The notes under the pieces are model-generated. The model did no database searches and had not been told where the DNA came from. It saw nothing but the letters and a program-made list of their open reading frames with translations. Shown here piece by piece: positions 8,059 to 19,142 of a DNA stretch of 64,000 bases; the stretch's first letter is position 1; each line of letters begins with the position of its first letter. This DNA comes from Deltaproteobacteria bacterium. Its GTDB lineage: Bacteria > Desulfobacterota > GWC2-55-46. The position numbers were made by a program, and so were the translations under genes. The DNA is taken from contig JACRCL010000032.1 of NCBI GenBank assembly GCA_016219015.1, positions 26,588 to 90,587 on the forward strand, written 5' to 3'.

Positions 8059-9858
8059 GTGACGGACCAGAGCCTCATAAGGAATTTTTCGATAATCGCG
8101 CATATAGACCACGGAAAATCAACGCTTTCGGACAGGCTCCTCGAATACACGGGGACGATCTCGAAAAGGGAGATGGTAGACCAGTTCCTCGACAAGATGG
8201 AGCTTGAGAGGGAGCGCGGCATAACCATAAAGGCGCAGACGGCACGGCTTTCCTACAAGGCCGACGACGGGAAGACCTACACCTTGAACCTCATCGACAC
8301 GCCGGGCCACGTGGACTTCAGCTACGAGGTGAGCAGGTCGCTTTCCGCCTGCGAGGGGGCGATACTCATCGTGGACGCCTCACAGGGTGTCGAGGCCCAG
8401 ACCGTGGCGCACCTCTACACCGCCGTGGACGTAGGTCTTGAGATATTCCCGGTATTGAACAAGATAGACCTGCCGCAGGCCGACCCGGAGAGGATAAAAA
8501 AGGAGATAGAGGATGTCCTCGGGCTCGACGCCTCGGACGCGGTCCTTGCCAGCGCCAAGGAGGGCCTTGGCATAAAAGACGTCCTCGAGGCGATAGTAAA
8601 GAGGGTCCCTCCGCCGGCAGGCGACAACTCGAAGCCCCTTAAGGCCCTTGTCTTCGACAGCTGGTACGACACCTACCAGGGCGTTGTCGTCCAGATAAGG
8701 GTATTCGACGGGCGCGTAAGGAAGGGCACGAAGATAAAGTTCATGGCCACGGGAAAGACCTTCGACGTCGACAATGTCGGCGTCTTCTCACCCGGCCCCA
8801 AGGAGGTCGAGGAGCTCGGGGTGGGGGATGTCGGGTTCGTGATAGCGGGCATAAAGGAAGTAAGGGACACGAACGTCGGCGATACGATAACAGGCGCCGA
8901 GAACCCGACCGAAGCGCCGCTCCCCGGCTACAAGGCCGCCAAATCCATGGTCTTCAGCGGCCTCTATCCCGTCGATTCCGCCCAGTACGAGAACCTCAAG
9001 GAGGCCGTCATAAAGCTCCGGCTGAACGACTCGTCCTTCACCTTCGAGCCGGAGACTTCGCTCGCCCTCGGGTTCGGGTTCAGGTGCGGCTTCCTCGGGC
9101 TGTTCCACATGGAGATAATACAGGAGAGGCTCGAGAGGGAGTACGGCCTCGAGCTCATAACGACGGCCCCGACCGTCATATACAGGGTGACGAAGACGGA
9201 CAAGACCGTGGTGCTCGTCGATAACCCCACGAACCTCCCCCCGCCGCAGTACATAGAGATGATAGAGGAGCCTTACATACAGGCTACCCTCCATCTGCCC
9301 TCCGAGTACCTTGGCGCGGTCCTGGGCCTCTGCGAGAGCAAGAGGGGGATACAGAAAGAGATAAAGTACCTTTCCACGTCGAGGGTCATGGTCGTCTACG
9401 AGATACCGCTTAACGAGATAGTGCTGGACTTCTACGACAAGTTGAAGACCATGACAAAGGGCTACGCCTCCATGGACTACGAGTACCTGGACTTTAGGGA
9501 ATCCGACCTCATAAAGCTCGACATACTCATAAACGGCGAGGCCGTGGACGCCCTTTCCCTCATAGTCCCGAGGGAGCGCGCCTTCATGAGGGGCAAGGAC
9601 CTGGCCGAGAAGATGAAGGAGATAATACCGAGGCAGATGTTCGAGGTCATCATACAGGCCGCCATAGGGAGCAAGGTAATAGCGAGGGAGACGATAAAGG
9701 CGCTCCGCAAGAACGTCACCGCCAAATGCTACGGGGGCGACATCACGAGGAAGAGGAAGCTCCTCGAGAAGCAGAAGGAAGGCAAGAAGCGCATGAAGCA
9801 GGTCGGCAGGGTGGAACTCCCGCAGGAGGCCTTCCTGGCGGTATTGAAGGTAAGCTAA
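8059..9858 (+). CDS. lepA: Elongation factor 4 (LepA)
   Basis: [44 protein letters not shown]. Confidence 0.98.
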   Translation: MTDQSLIRNFSIIAHIDHGKSTLSDRLLEYTGTISKREMVDQFLDKMELERERGITIKAQTARLSYKADDGKTYTLNLIDTPGHVDFSYEVSRSLSACEGAILIVDASQGVEAQTVAHLYTAVDVGLEIFPVLNKIDLPQADPERIKKEIEDVLGLDASDAVLASAKEGLGIKDVLEAIVKRVPPPAGDNSKPLKALVFDSWYDTYQGVVVQIRVFDGRVRKGTKIKFMATGKTFDVDNVGVFSPGPKEVEELGVGDVGFVIAGIKEVRDTNVGDTITGAENPTEAPLPGYKAAKSMVFSGLYPVDSAQYENLKEAVIKLRLNDSSFTFEPETSLALGFGFRCGFLGLFHMEIIQERLEREYGLELITTAPTVIYRVTKTDKTVVLVDNPTNLPPPQYIEMIEEPYIQATLHLPSEYLGAVLGLCESKRGIQKEIKYLSTSRVMVVYEIPLNEIVLDFYDKLKTMTKGYASMDYEYLDFRESDLIKLDILINGEAVDALSLIVPRERAFMRGKDLAEKMKEIIPRQMFEVIIQAAIGSKVIARETIKALRKNVTAKCYGGDITRKRKLLEKQKEGKKRMKQVGRVELPQEAFLAVLKVS

Positions 9859-9883
9859 AAAAGGCAAAAAGGAGAAACAACAG

Positions 9884-10549
9884 TTGGGAACAGCCGAGAA
9901 GAAGGACAAGAAGAAACATTTCAGGGATATAGCCGAGGCCGTTATAATAGCCTTGATTTTAGCGCTCCTTATAAGGGCGTTCATAATACAGGCCTTCAAG
10001 ATACCCTCGGGCTCGATGGAGGACACGCTCCTCATAGGCGACCACATAATCGTAAGCAAGTTCGCCTACGGCCTGCAGGTCCCTCAGCCGGCCGTGATAA
10101 AGGTGCTCGGCGCGTCGGTCCCGTTCTTCGAGACCAGGCTCGTGACCTCGTGGGGGGAGGTAAAGAGGGGCGACGTGATAGTATTCCGTTTCCCCGGCGA
10201 CAGGTCCAAGGACTATATAAAGAGGGTCGTGGGCCTTCCGGGCGACAAGGTCGAGCTCAAGAACAAGGCCATCTATATTAATAACGAGAAGTGGGAGGAC
10301 CACTGGGGGGTCAACAAGGGCGGGCTCTTCGGTGAGGAGTCGGACAGGAACACTAACTTCGGCCCCTACACCGTGCCCGAAGGCTCCGTCTTCGCGATGG
10401 GCGACAACCGCGATAGAAGCTTCGATTCCCGCTACTGGGGGCCCGTGCCCATCAGGGACATAAAAGGGAAGGCGATAATCATCTACTGGTCGTGGAACAA
10501 GGACAATCACTGGGTCAGGTTTGATAGGATCGGCAAGATCATACATTAG
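9884..10549 (+). CDS. lepB: Signal peptidase I
   Basis: IPSGSMEDTL, DYIKRVVGLPGD, MGDNRDRSFDSRYWG. Confidence 0.96.
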   Translation: MGTAEKKDKKKHFRDIAEAVIIALILALLIRAFIIQAFKIPSGSMEDTLLIGDHIIVSKFAYGLQVPQPAVIKVLGASVPFFETRLVTSWGEVKRGDVIVFRFPGDRSKDYIKRVVGLPGDKVELKNKAIYINNEKWEDHWGVNKGGLFGEESDRNTNFGPYTVPEGSVFAMGDNRDRSFDSRYWGPVPIRDIKGKAIIIYWSWNKDNHWVRFDRIGKIIH

Positions 10550-10698
10550 CAGGCTGCTGAAAAAGCCCAATCTGCGGTGTCGTCTTCAAAATTCGTCACT
10601 GCGACGTACGGACAGAAGTACGTCTCATTCCTCATTTTTCGACTCCTTGCATCTTGGGACTTTTTGAGCAGCCTGCTGTTGAGTTTTTTAACGGCCTT
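10550..10698 (+). mobile_element. Family-A MITE abutting the lepB stop codon
   Basis: TTAG duplicated at 10546-10549 and 10699-10702. Confidence 0.88.
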
Positions 10699-10742
10699 TT
10701 AGATTTTTCAGCATAAATACAGGGAAAACACTTAAAAAACCA

Positions 10743-10771
10743 TTGAAGGTTTCGCGTTTTGATGTTATAAG
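10743..10771 (+). promoter_or_regulatory. Candidate sigma70 promoter for xerC (leaderless geometry)
   Basis: TTGAAG-17 nt-TATAAG with TGn extension, 6 nt before the ATG. Confidence 0.45.
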
Positions 10772-10777
10772 GCAAAA

Positions 10778-11701
10778 ATGCCCGGCCCTGTGCCCGACCC
10801 TGTGCCCAAACCTGTTGACGATTTCATCAGGTACCTTGAGGTAGAGAGGAACGCATCACTCAATACGAGGCTTTCCTACCTGAGGGACCTGAGGGAATTC
10901 GAGGCGTTCTTGAACGGCTCCGGCATCGCCTTTGACGTAAAGACGATAAAAGAGCCGGATATCACGGCCTTTGTCTACAGGCTCTTTAGAAGCAACAAGA
11001 AGGTATCGATAGCGAGGAAGCTCTCCTCGATAAGGTCTTTTTTCAGGTTCCTTTCAAGGAAGGGGCTCGTCGAGGCCAACCCGGCGGAGCTTGTGCCCAC
11101 GCCGAAGGTCGAGAAGTACCTCCCGCCGGTCCTTACGGCCGAGGAGGCCGTATCGCTCGTCGAGGGGCCGATAAAGACGGACTCACCCACGGCGCTGCGC
11201 GACCTTGCCATACTCGAGGTCCTTTACTCCTCGGGCATAAGGGTGAGCGAGCTTACGGGCGTCGCCCTTAAAGACGCAGACCTTGAAGCGGGCACGATAA
11301 AGGTGCTCGGCAAGGGCAACAAGGAGCGGATAGCGTACCTCGGCGACTACGCGAAGGACTCGTTGAAGAGATACATCGATAAAGAAAGAAGCGCAGCGGA
11401 GACAGACGCGCCCCTGTTCGCGGGCAAGGGCGGGGGCGGCAGGGTCTCCGTCCGGACGGTACAGAGGCTCGTAGGCAAGTACGTCGTGACGAGCGGGATA
11501 GACAAGACCCCGACCCCTCACGCCCTCAGACACTCGTTCGCCACGCACCTGCTCGACGCCGGTGTGGACCTGAGGTCGATCCAGGAGATGCTCGGGCACA
11601 GCAAGTTATCGACGACGCAGAGGTACACTCGGGTCAGCATGAAGTCGATGATGGAGGCCTACGACAAGGCCCACCCGAGGTCGAAGATGGGGAAGAAATG
11701 A
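10778..11701 (+). CDS. xerC: Tyrosine recombinase XerC
   Basis: [33 protein letters not shown]...TTQRYT; xerC-hslVU synteny. Confidence 0.9.
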   Translation: MPGPVPDPVPKPVDDFIRYLEVERNASLNTRLSYLRDLREFEAFLNGSGIAFDVKTIKEPDITAFVYRLFRSNKKVSIARKLSSIRSFFRFLSRKGLVEANPAELVPTPKVEKYLPPVLTAEEAVSLVEGPIKTDSPTALRDLAILEVLYSSGIRVSELTGVALKDADLEAGTIKVLGKGNKERIAYLGDYAKDSLKRYIDKERSAAETDAPLFAGKGGGGRVSVRTVQRLVGKYVVTSGIDKTPTPHALRHSFATHLLDAGVDLRSIQEMLGHSKLSTTQRYTRVSMKSMMEAYDKAHPRSKMGKK

Positions 11702-11777
11702 ACTACCCTGCAGCTTGCTAAAGGGAGTGCTCAAGTTAAAAGAAATTTTTTTATGGAATGGGGCTACCAATAATTAT

Positions 11778-12311
11778 ATGACGACATTTCACGGAACGAC
11801 TGTGATAGCGATAAGGAGGGACGGCCGCGTCGCGATAGCTGGCGACGGGCAGGTTACCCTCGGCAATACCATCATGAAAAAAGGCGCGGTCAAGGTAAGG
11901 CGCATAAAGGACAAGGTCCTTGCGGGCTTCGCCGGCTCCACGGCCGACGCCATGACGCTCTTCGACAAGTTCGAGAGCAAGCTGGAGGAGTCGAGGGGCA
12001 ACATCACGAAGGCCGTGGTGGAGCTTGCAAAGGACTGGAGGACAGACAGGGTCTTACGTAGGCTTGAGGCCCTCTTGATAGTGGCCGACAAGGACCATAC
12101 CTTCATCGTCTCCGGCAGCGGCGACGTAATCGAACCCGAGGACGGCATAGCCTCCATCGGGAGCGGCGGGGCCTTCGCGTCAGCGGCGGCAAAGGTGCTG
12201 ATGCGCCACACAAGCCTCGACGCCAGGGCAATAGCCGAGGAATCGATAAAGACGGCCGCCGAGATATGCATATACACGAACAGCGAAATAACCATAGAGG
12301 AACTTTTCTGA
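11778..12311 (+). CDS. hslV: ATP-dependent protease subunit HslV
   Basis: [36 protein letters not shown]. Confidence 0.96.
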   Translation: MTTFHGTTVIAIRRDGRVAIAGDGQVTLGNTIMKKGAVKVRRIKDKVLAGFAGSTADAMTLFDKFESKLEESRGNITKAVVELAKDWRTDRVLRRLEALLIVADKDHTFIVSGSGDVIEPEDGIASIGSGGAFASAAAKVLMRHTSLDARAIAEESIKTAAEICIYTNSEITIEELF

Positions 12312-12312
12312 G

Positions 12313-13671
12313 ATGAAGAGCTTTACACCAAGGGAGATAGTATCCGAGCTCGACAAGTACATAATCGGGCAGAAGAAGGCGAAGAGGGCGGTGGCGATAG
12401 CTTTGAGGAACCGCTGGAGGCGCCAGCAGGTCAGGGCCGACCTCCGGGACGAGATATCCCCGAAGAACATCATCATGATAGGGCCCACGGGCGTGGGCAA
12501 GACTGAGAGATCGAGGAGGCTCGCCAAGCTCGCTCAGGCGCCTTTCATCAAGGTCGAGGCGAGCAAGTTCACCGAGGTGGGCTATGTCGGAAGGGACGTG
12601 GAGTCGATCATAAGGGACCTGACCGAGTTGTCTGTAAAGATGGTAAAGGACGAGGAGAAGGTAAGCGTGCTCGTAAAGGCGAAGGACGCGGCCGAGGAGA
12701 GGGTCCTCGACTTCCTCCTCCCGCCCGTCACCGCCGCCCCGTTCCAGCCCGCTGACCAGGAGAGGATTATCAAAGAGCGGGAGCTTCAGAAGGCCACGCG
12801 GGACAAGTTAAGGACGCTGCTGCGTGAAGGCAAGCTCGACGACAGGACGGTGGAGATAGAGACGGCCGAGCAGCAGAAGATGCCCTCGATAGAGATACTA
12901 TCTTCGGCGGGGGTGGAAGAGATGGACATGAACCTGAAGGACATGTTCTCGAACATCTTCCCGAAGAAGACCCGGAAGAGGAAGGTGAAGGTCCCGGAGG
13001 CATACGAGCTTATAACGCAGGAAGAGGCGCAGAAGCTCATAGACATGGACAAGGTCGTAAAGGAGGCCGTGGAGCGCGTCGAGCAGTCCGGCATCGTCTT
13101 CATAGACGAGATAGACAAGATCGCCGGCAGGCAGGCCGGGACGACCCCGGACATATCGAGGGAGGGCGTCCAGAGGGACCTCCTGCCTATAGTCGAGGGC
13201 TCCACCGTGAACACCAAGTACGGGATGGTGAAGACCGACCATATACTCTTCATCGCCTCCGGCGCGTTCCATGTGGCCAAGCCGTCGGACCTGATACCGG
13301 AGTTCCAGGGCAGGTTCCCGATAAGGGTCGAGCTCGAGCCGCTCGGCGAGGAGGACTTCATACGGATACTCACCGAGCCGGAGAACGCGCTGTTGAAGCA
13401 GTACAAGGCCCTGCTTGAGACCGAGACGATAGAGATAACCTACACCGACGACGCCGTGCGGGAGATAGCGTCGATCGCAGCGCTCGTCAACGAGCGGATG
13501 GAGAATATCGGCGCGCGGAGGCTCCATACGGTCATGGAGAGGGTCTTTGACGAGATATCCTTCGAGGCCCCGGACATGCCCCGCAAGGCGCTCGTCATAG
13601 ACAGGGAATACGTGAGAAAGAGGCTCTCCGACATAGTAAAGGACGAGGACCTCTCTCGGTATATATTATAA
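12313..13671 (+). CDS. hslU: ATP-dependent protease ATPase HslU
   Basis: [17 protein letters not shown]-terminal DLSRYIL. Confidence 0.97.
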   Translation: MKSFTPREIVSELDKYIIGQKKAKRAVAIALRNRWRRQQVRADLRDEISPKNIIMIGPTGVGKTERSRRLAKLAQAPFIKVEASKFTEVGYVGRDVESIIRDLTELSVKMVKDEEKVSVLVKAKDAAEERVLDFLLPPVTAAPFQPADQERIIKERELQKATRDKLRTLLREGKLDDRTVEIETAEQQKMPSIEILSSAGVEEMDMNLKDMFSNIFPKKTRKRKVKVPEAYELITQEEAQKLIDMDKVVKEAVERVEQSGIVFIDEIDKIAGRQAGTTPDISREGVQRDLLPIVEGSTVNTKYGMVKTDHILFIASGAFHVAKPSDLIPEFQGRFPIRVELEPLGEEDFIRILTEPENALLKQYKALLETETIEITYTDDAVREIASIAALVNERMENIGARRLHTVMERVFDEISFEAPDMPRKALVIDREYVRKRLSDIVKDEDLSRYIL

Positions 13672-13741
13672 CAGAAAGCAATACGGTCCAGCCGTGGCGG
13701 GCCCTGGCCCAGCCGCGGTATTTAAATTTTATGGAGCCGCC

Positions 13742-14599
13742 GTGCAGAAGAACCTTGAAAAGATAAGGACCCTATTTGAATCCCTTCCCTACATAAGGAA
13801 GTTCTACAACAAGACCATCGTGATAAAATACGGCGGCCACGCCATGGTCGAGGAGGGGCTCAAGATGAGCTTCGCCAGGGACATGGTGCTCATGAAGTAC
13901 GTGGGCATAAACCCCGTCATTGTACACGGCGGCGGCCCGCAGATAGGCGGCCTGCTTGCCCGGCTCGGCAAGGAATCGAGGTTCGTAAAGGGGATAAGGG
14001 TCACTGACGACGAGACCATGGACGTCGTGGAGATGGTCCTCGTCGGCAAGATAAACAAGGAGATAGTCGGCCTCATAAACCACTTCGGCGGCAGGGCCGT
14101 GGGGCTCGGCGGCAAGGACGGCGGGCTCATAAAGGCCAAAAGCCTCAAGATAAAGGGCGAGGAGATGGGGTTCGCCGGGGACGTCGATTCCATCGACCCG
14201 TCGGTCATAAAGACCCTCGAGATGAATAACTTCATCCCCGTGATAGCGCCCGTCGGAGGCGGGGAGGGCGGCCACAGCTACAACATAAACGCCGATACCG
14301 TGGCCGGTAAGGTCGCAAGCGCCCTGAAGGCCGAGAAGCTGATACTCCTTACGGACGTGGCCGGGGTGCTCGACAAGAACAAGAAGCTCCTGTCGAGCCT
14401 GAGCCTTTCTGAGGCGCGCTCGCTAATAAACAAGAAGATAGCCGTTGGCGGGATGATACCGAAGCTCCAGTGCTGCATGGAGGCCGTGGCCTCCGGGGTA
14501 ACCACCGCGCACATAATAGACGGCAGGGTAGAGCACGCGGTCATGCTCGAGGTCTTCACGGACCAGGGCGTTGGCACGGCTATAGGGTTGAAGAAATAA
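13742..14599 (+). CDS. argB: Acetylglutamate kinase
   Basis: [31 protein letters not shown] start after GGAG. Confidence 0.95.
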   Translation: MQKNLEKIRTLFESLPYIRKFYNKTIVIKYGGHAMVEEGLKMSFARDMVLMKYVGINPVIVHGGGPQIGGLLARLGKESRFVKGIRVTDDETMDVVEMVLVGKINKEIVGLINHFGGRAVGLGGKDGGLIKAKSLKIKGEEMGFAGDVDSIDPSVIKTLEMNNFIPVIAPVGGGEGGHSYNINADTVAGKVASALKAEKLILLTDVAGVLDKNKKLLSSLSLSEARSLINKKIAVGGMIPKLQCCMEAVASGVTTAHIIDGRVEHAVMLEVFTDQGVGTAIGLKK

Positions 14600-14618
14600 T
14601 CTTTGGAAGGGGACTGAG

Positions 14619-15815
14619 TTGACTAACAGGGAAGTAATCGCGCTTACGGAAAAGCACGTAGCCAACACATACGGCAGGTTCCCGGTCGCAATCGTCAGGG
14701 GGCAGGGCAGGCGGGTCTGGGACGCGGATGGCAGGGCGTACCTTGATTTCACGTCGGGGCTTGCCGTCTGCAACCTCGGCCACTGCCACCCGAATGTCGT
14801 TGCCGCCATCAAGGCGCAGGCCGAAAAGCTCATCCATATCTCGAACCTCTACCATATCGAGACACAGTCCGAGCTGGCAAGGCTCCTTACCGAAAACTCC
14901 TTCGCGGACAAGGCGTTTTTCTGCAACTCAGGGGCCGAGGCGAACGAGGCCGCGATAAAGCTCGCCCGCAAGTATTTCAGCAATAAGGGAGAGGGCAGGT
15001 TCCAGGTAATAACGATGGAGAAGTCCTTCCACGGCAGGACCCTGGCCGCGCTCGCGGCAACGGGGCAGAAAAAATTTCAGGCCGGGTTTGAGCCTCTTTT
15101 GGAGAAGTTCACCTACGTGCCCTTCAACGACGTCCCGGCGCTCAAGGCCGCCGTGAACGGACAGACCGCGGCCGTAATGATAGAGCCCATACAGGGCGAG
15201 GGCGGGGTCAACGTCCCTTCGGACGAATACCTGAAGGGTGTAAAAGAGGTCTGCAAAAAGGCGGGCGCGCTCCTCATATACGACGAGGTGCAGGTCGGCA
15301 TGGGCAGGACTGGAACGCTCTTCGCCTACGAGAACTATAACGTCGCGCCCGACATAATGACTCTCGCCAAGGGGCTTGCCGGGGGCGTAGCCATAGGAGC
15401 GATGCTCGCCACCGACGAGGTAGCCGCGGCCTTTACCCCGGGCTCCCACGCCTCTACCTTCGGGGGCAACCCGCTGGCGACTGCCGCCGGCATAGCCGCG
15501 ATTAAAACCATGCTCGGCGAGAATGTCCTCGATAACTGCAGGAAGTCCGGCGGATACCTTTTCAGGAAGCTGGAAGAGCTAAAGAGTAAATATCATTTCA
15601 TAAAAGAAGTGCGCGGCAAGGGGCTAATAATCGGCATGGAGCTTGCCGAGGGGATAAAGGGCGGGGATATAGTGAAAGAGTGCCTCGGCAAGGGGCTTCT
15701 CATCAACTGCGTCGGAGATAAGACGCTCCGGTTCATCCCTGCGCTTACGGTAACAACGGAAGAGATAGACGAGATGCTCGGTACACTTGAAGGGGTGCTG
15801 GCGGGGGTTAAATAA
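14619..15815 (+). CDS. argD: Acetylornithine aminotransferase
   Basis: NSGAEANEAAIKLAR, EPIQGEGG, DEVQVGMGRTG. Confidence 0.95.
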   Translation: MTNREVIALTEKHVANTYGRFPVAIVRGQGRRVWDADGRAYLDFTSGLAVCNLGHCHPNVVAAIKAQAEKLIHISNLYHIETQSELARLLTENSFADKAFFCNSGAEANEAAIKLARKYFSNKGEGRFQVITMEKSFHGRTLAALAATGQKKFQAGFEPLLEKFTYVPFNDVPALKAAVNGQTAAVMIEPIQGEGGVNVPSDEYLKGVKEVCKKAGALLIYDEVQVGMGRTGTLFAYENYNVAPDIMTLAKGLAGGVAIGAMLATDEVAAAFTPGSHASTFGGNPLATAAGIAAIKTMLGENVLDNCRKSGGYLFRKLEELKSKYHFIKEVRGKGLIIGMELAEGIKGGDIVKECLGKGLLINCVGDKTLRFIPALTVTTEEIDEMLGTLEGVLAGVK

Positions 15816-15861
15816 TTTTTGTCGATACGGGTGGGTCGCAGGTTGATCTTTCACCCTCAAT

Positions 15862-15900
15862 TCACCCTCCTCTCAATCCCCTCCCATCTTAGGGAGGGGA
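15862..15900. repeat. Single arm of family-D REP-like repeat (hairpin)
   Basis: TCACCCTCCTCTCAATCCCCTCCC-ATCTTA-GGGAGGGGA matches 45441-45477. Confidence 0.7.
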
Positions 15901-15934
15901 GGAATTAAAATCAAATCGAAACAGCGGAGCATAG

Positions 15935-16852
15935 ATGAACCTCCTTACGATAGCTGATCTAAACAAGGAAGAGATAGACGACCTCATCGGGCGGGCGGGG
16001 GCGTTGAAGGAAAGGCACAGGAAGGGCATACCGCATACGCCGCTCCGCGGGAAGACGCTCGGGATGATATTCGAGAAGTCCTCCACAAGGACGCGGGTGT
16101 CGTTCGAGGTGGCGATGCATCAGCTCGGGGGCAGCTCGATATTCATAAGCGGCAAGGACTCCCAGATAGGCAGGGGCGAGCCGATAAAGGACACCTCCCG
16201 CGTGATGTCGAGGTACGTTGACGCGATAGTCATAAGGACCTTCGGCCACGAGATAATAGAGGAGTACGCTCGGTACTCGTCCGTCCCGGTCATAAACGGC
16301 CTGACGGACGCGCACCACCCGTGCCAGGTGCTCGCGGACGTGCTTACCGTGGTCGAGAAAAAGGGCGGCTACGAGGGGCTCAAGTTCTGCTGGATAGGCG
16401 ACGGCAACAACATGGCGAACTCCTGGATAGAGGCCGCCATGAGGCTCGGTTTCGACCTTACACTTGCCTGCCCGAGGGGGTACGCCCCTGATAACGTCTT
16501 CCTGAAGAGGGCGAAGGCCGAGGGCGCGGCAAGGGTCCGTGTCACGGAAGACATCGCCGGGGCCGCGAAAGACGCCGACGTGCTCAATACCGACGTATGG
16601 GCCTCGATGGGGCAGGAGGAAGAAAGCGCCAAAAGGAGGCTGGCCTTCGCCGGTTACCAGATAAACTCGGAAGTCCTCAAGCTCGCCAAGAAGGACGCCG
16701 TTGTCCTCCACTGCCTCCCGGCCCACAGAGGGGAAGAGATAACCGACGAGGTGATCGAAGGGGCGAATTCAGCGGTGTGGGACGAGGCCGAGAACAGGCT
16801 CCACATACAGAAGGCGATACTCGAGTGGCTTTTGGTGGATGGCGGAAGGTAA
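15935..16852 (+). CDS. argF: Ornithine carbamoyltransferase
   Basis: SSTRTRVSF, HPCQ, WASMGQE, LHCLP. Confidence 0.96.
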   Translation: MNLLTIADLNKEEIDDLIGRAGALKERHRKGIPHTPLRGKTLGMIFEKSSTRTRVSFEVAMHQLGGSSIFISGKDSQIGRGEPIKDTSRVMSRYVDAIVIRTFGHEIIEEYARYSSVPVINGLTDAHHPCQVLADVLTVVEKKGGYEGLKFCWIGDGNNMANSWIEAAMRLGFDLTLACPRGYAPDNVFLKRAKAEGAARVRVTEDIAGAAKDADVLNTDVWASMGQEEESAKRRLAFAGYQINSEVLKLAKKDAVVLHCLPAHRGEEITDEVIEGANSAVWDEAENRLHIQKAILEWLLVDGGR

Positions 16853-16859
16853 AATTTAG

Positions 16860-17001
16860 CAGGCTGCTCAAAAAGTCCATCTGCTTTGTTGTCTACGTCT
16901 TGTCATAACGCAAGGAGAGCACGCCTCATTCCTCGCTTCTCGACGCCTCGCATCTGGAGCTTTTTGAGCAGCCTGAGCAAGATTTGAGTTTTTAGCAACC
17001 A
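16860..17001 (+). mobile_element. Family-A MITE (variant core)
   Basis: CAGGCTGCTCAAAAAG...CTTTTTGAGCAGCCTG; flanked by TTAG / TTAA; inverse of 4916-5030. Confidence 0.85.
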
Positions 17002-17082
17002 TTAAATTATAATATGTTACAGCAGTTATTTGATAAAAAATTTTAAGTATTGCATTAGACAATAAGGCATAAAGGAGAAGTG

Positions 17083-18291
17083 ATGGGCAAGGAGATAAAG
17101 AGGGTAGTCCTGGCGTACTCGGGCGGGCTCGATACGTCGGTAATAATGAAGTGGCTCATCGAGAGGTACGGCTGCGAGGTCGTCGCCTTCTCAGCCGATA
17201 TCGGGCAGGGCTCCGAGCTGAAGGGGCTCAAGGAAAAGGCCGTCAATACCGGAGCGAAAAAAATATATATAAAAGACCTGAGGGCGGAGTTCGTCTCCGA
17301 CTTCGTCTTCCCGATGCTCAGGGCCGCCTCGGTCTACGAGGGGACTTACCTCCTCGGCACTTCCATCGCGAGGCCGCTCATAGCAAAGGCCCAGATGGAG
17401 ATAGCCAGGGCCGAGAGGGCCGACGCCGTGTCGCACGGGGCCACGGGCAAGGGCAACGACCAGGTCAGGTTCGAGCTTACCTACTATTCGATAAACCCTC
17501 ACATAAAGGTCATAGCGCCCTGGCGCGAATGGGACATGAAGGGCAGGGCCGACCTCATCCGCTACGCCAAAAAGCACGGCATCCCGGTGCCGGTCACGAA
17601 GTCGAAGCCCTACAGCTCCGACAGGAACCTCTTCCACATAAGCTTCGAGGGCGGCATACTCGAAGACCCGTGGGCCGAGCCGCCCGAGGACATGTACGTC
17701 CTTACGAAGTCCCCGGAGAAGGCCCCGAACAGGCCGTCCTACGTCGAGGTAGGCTTCGAGGCCGGTAACCCCGTCTCCGTGAACGGCAGAAGGATGGCCC
17801 CGGCAGCGCTCCTTTCAAGGTTGAACGAGCTTGGAGGGGAGAACGGCGTCGGCAGGGTCGATATGGTCGAGAGCCGCTACGTGGGCATGAAGTCGAGGGG
17901 CGTCTACGAGACCCCCGGAGGCACGATACTCCACGCGGCGCGCAGGGCAGTCGAGTCGATAACAATGGACAGGGAGCTTATTCACCTGCGGGACAGTTTG
18001 ACGCCGAGGTACTCGCAGCTCGTCTACTACGGGTACTGGTACTCCCCTGAGAGGAAGGCCCTCCAGGGACTGATAGACGAGGCCACCGGCAATGTCACTG
18101 GGGTGGCGCGCGTAAAGCTTTACAAGGGCAACGTGATAATAGCGGGCAGGAAGGCCCAGGCGTCGCTCTATCACCCGGACTTCGCGACCTTCGAGGAGGA
18201 TACGGTCTACGACCAGAAGGACGCCGAGGGGTTCATAAAGATAAATGCCCTGAGGCTCAAGATAAAGGCGATGGCCGACAGGAAGAAATAA
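17083..18291 (+). CDS. argG: Argininosuccinate synthase
   Basis: [35 protein letters not shown]. Confidence 0.97.
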   Translation: MGKEIKRVVLAYSGGLDTSVIMKWLIERYGCEVVAFSADIGQGSELKGLKEKAVNTGAKKIYIKDLRAEFVSDFVFPMLRAASVYEGTYLLGTSIARPLIAKAQMEIARAERADAVSHGATGKGNDQVRFELTYYSINPHIKVIAPWREWDMKGRADLIRYAKKHGIPVPVTKSKPYSSDRNLFHISFEGGILEDPWAEPPEDMYVLTKSPEKAPNRPSYVEVGFEAGNPVSVNGRRMAPAALLSRLNELGGENGVGRVDMVESRYVGMKSRGVYETPGGTILHAARRAVESITMDRELIHLRDSLTPRYSQLVYYGYWYSPERKALQGLIDEATGNVTGVARVKLYKGNVIIAGRKAQASLYHPDFATFEEDTVYDQKDAEGFIKINALRLKIKAMADRKK

Positions 18292-18328
18292 CGGGCAAGG
18301 GACGCTTGATAAAAAAGGAGTCGAGGTT

Positions 18329-19090
18329 TTGAAGCTCTGCAGGTTTTCTTTTAATAACAAGGTCTCATACGGAGTAATAGAGGAAGGGGCCGTCTATGAG
18401 ACGGACAGCCCGTTTTCCGGCGTCGTCAAAAAGGGGGAGGGCAGAAGGCTCGAAGACGTAAGGCTCCTTGCGCCTGTGGAGCCTTCGAAGATAGTCGCCA
18501 TAGGGCTCAATTACAGGGCGCACGCCGCCGAGTTCGGGAAAGCGCTACCCGAAGAGCCGATGATCTTCATGAAGCCCTCAACGGCAGTCATCGGCCCGGA
18601 GGACGAAATAGTCTACCCGTCCCACATGTCCCACAGGGTCGATTACGAAGGAGAGCTCGGGGTGGTGATAGGGAAAAGGGCCAAGGACGTGAGGGTCGAG
18701 GACGCGGCCTCGTTCATATTGGGCTATACATGCTTCAACGACGTCACCGCGAGGGACCTCCAGGGCAAGGACGTGCAGTTCACGAGGGCGAAGGGCTTCG
18801 ATACCTTCGCGTGCGTGGGGCCGTGGATAGAGACCGGTATTAACCCGCTGGACGCGAGGATCGAGACGTACCTGAACGGCGAGAAGAAGCAGGACACCTC
18901 CACGCACGACATGATATTCGACGTCTTCAAGATAGTCAGCTTCGTCTCCCACGTGATGACGCTCCTTCCCGGCGACATGATAGCCACCGGCACGCCCCCG
19001 GGCGTGGGAAAGATGAAGCCGGGCAATATAGTGGAAGTTAGGATAAGCGGGATAGGGACGTTAAAAAACATAGTGGTTGAAAGGGCTTAG
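18329..19090 (+). CDS. Fumarylacetoacetate hydrolase family protein
   Basis: GLNYRAH, DYEGEL, NDVTARD, AKGFDTF, TGTPPGV. Confidence 0.92.
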   Translation: MKLCRFSFNNKVSYGVIEEGAVYETDSPFSGVVKKGEGRRLEDVRLLAPVEPSKIVAIGLNYRAHAAEFGKALPEEPMIFMKPSTAVIGPEDEIVYPSHMSHRVDYEGELGVVIGKRAKDVRVEDAASFILGYTCFNDVTARDLQGKDVQFTRAKGFDTFACVGPWIETGINPLDARIETYLNGEKKQDTSTHDMIFDVFKIVSFVSHVMTLLPGDMIATGTPPGVGKMKPGNIVEVRISGIGTLKNIVVERA

Positions 19091-19142
19091 AGGTAGCCTG
19101 GACTTAAACAGCGCAGCATATATCAAGGAGGTATCTGGGAAC

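Noticed and set aside
8788..10059. Long minus-strand ORFs (also 30440-31978, 37257-38435, 49309-50673 and many others)
   Set aside because: They lie antisense to well-conserved genes and have no recognisable motifs; consistent with shadow ORFs from codon bias
10778..11701. Tyrosine recombinase as a prophage or island integrase
   Set aside because: Typical XerC size and motifs in the xerC-hslV-hslU context; no att sites or cargo
11715..11777. Longer ORF-track N-termini for hslV (also argB 13694, dapL 19077, ADH 22377, pilQ 48733, Crp 2672)
   Set aside because: Downstream starts fit family N-termini and/or SD positions better
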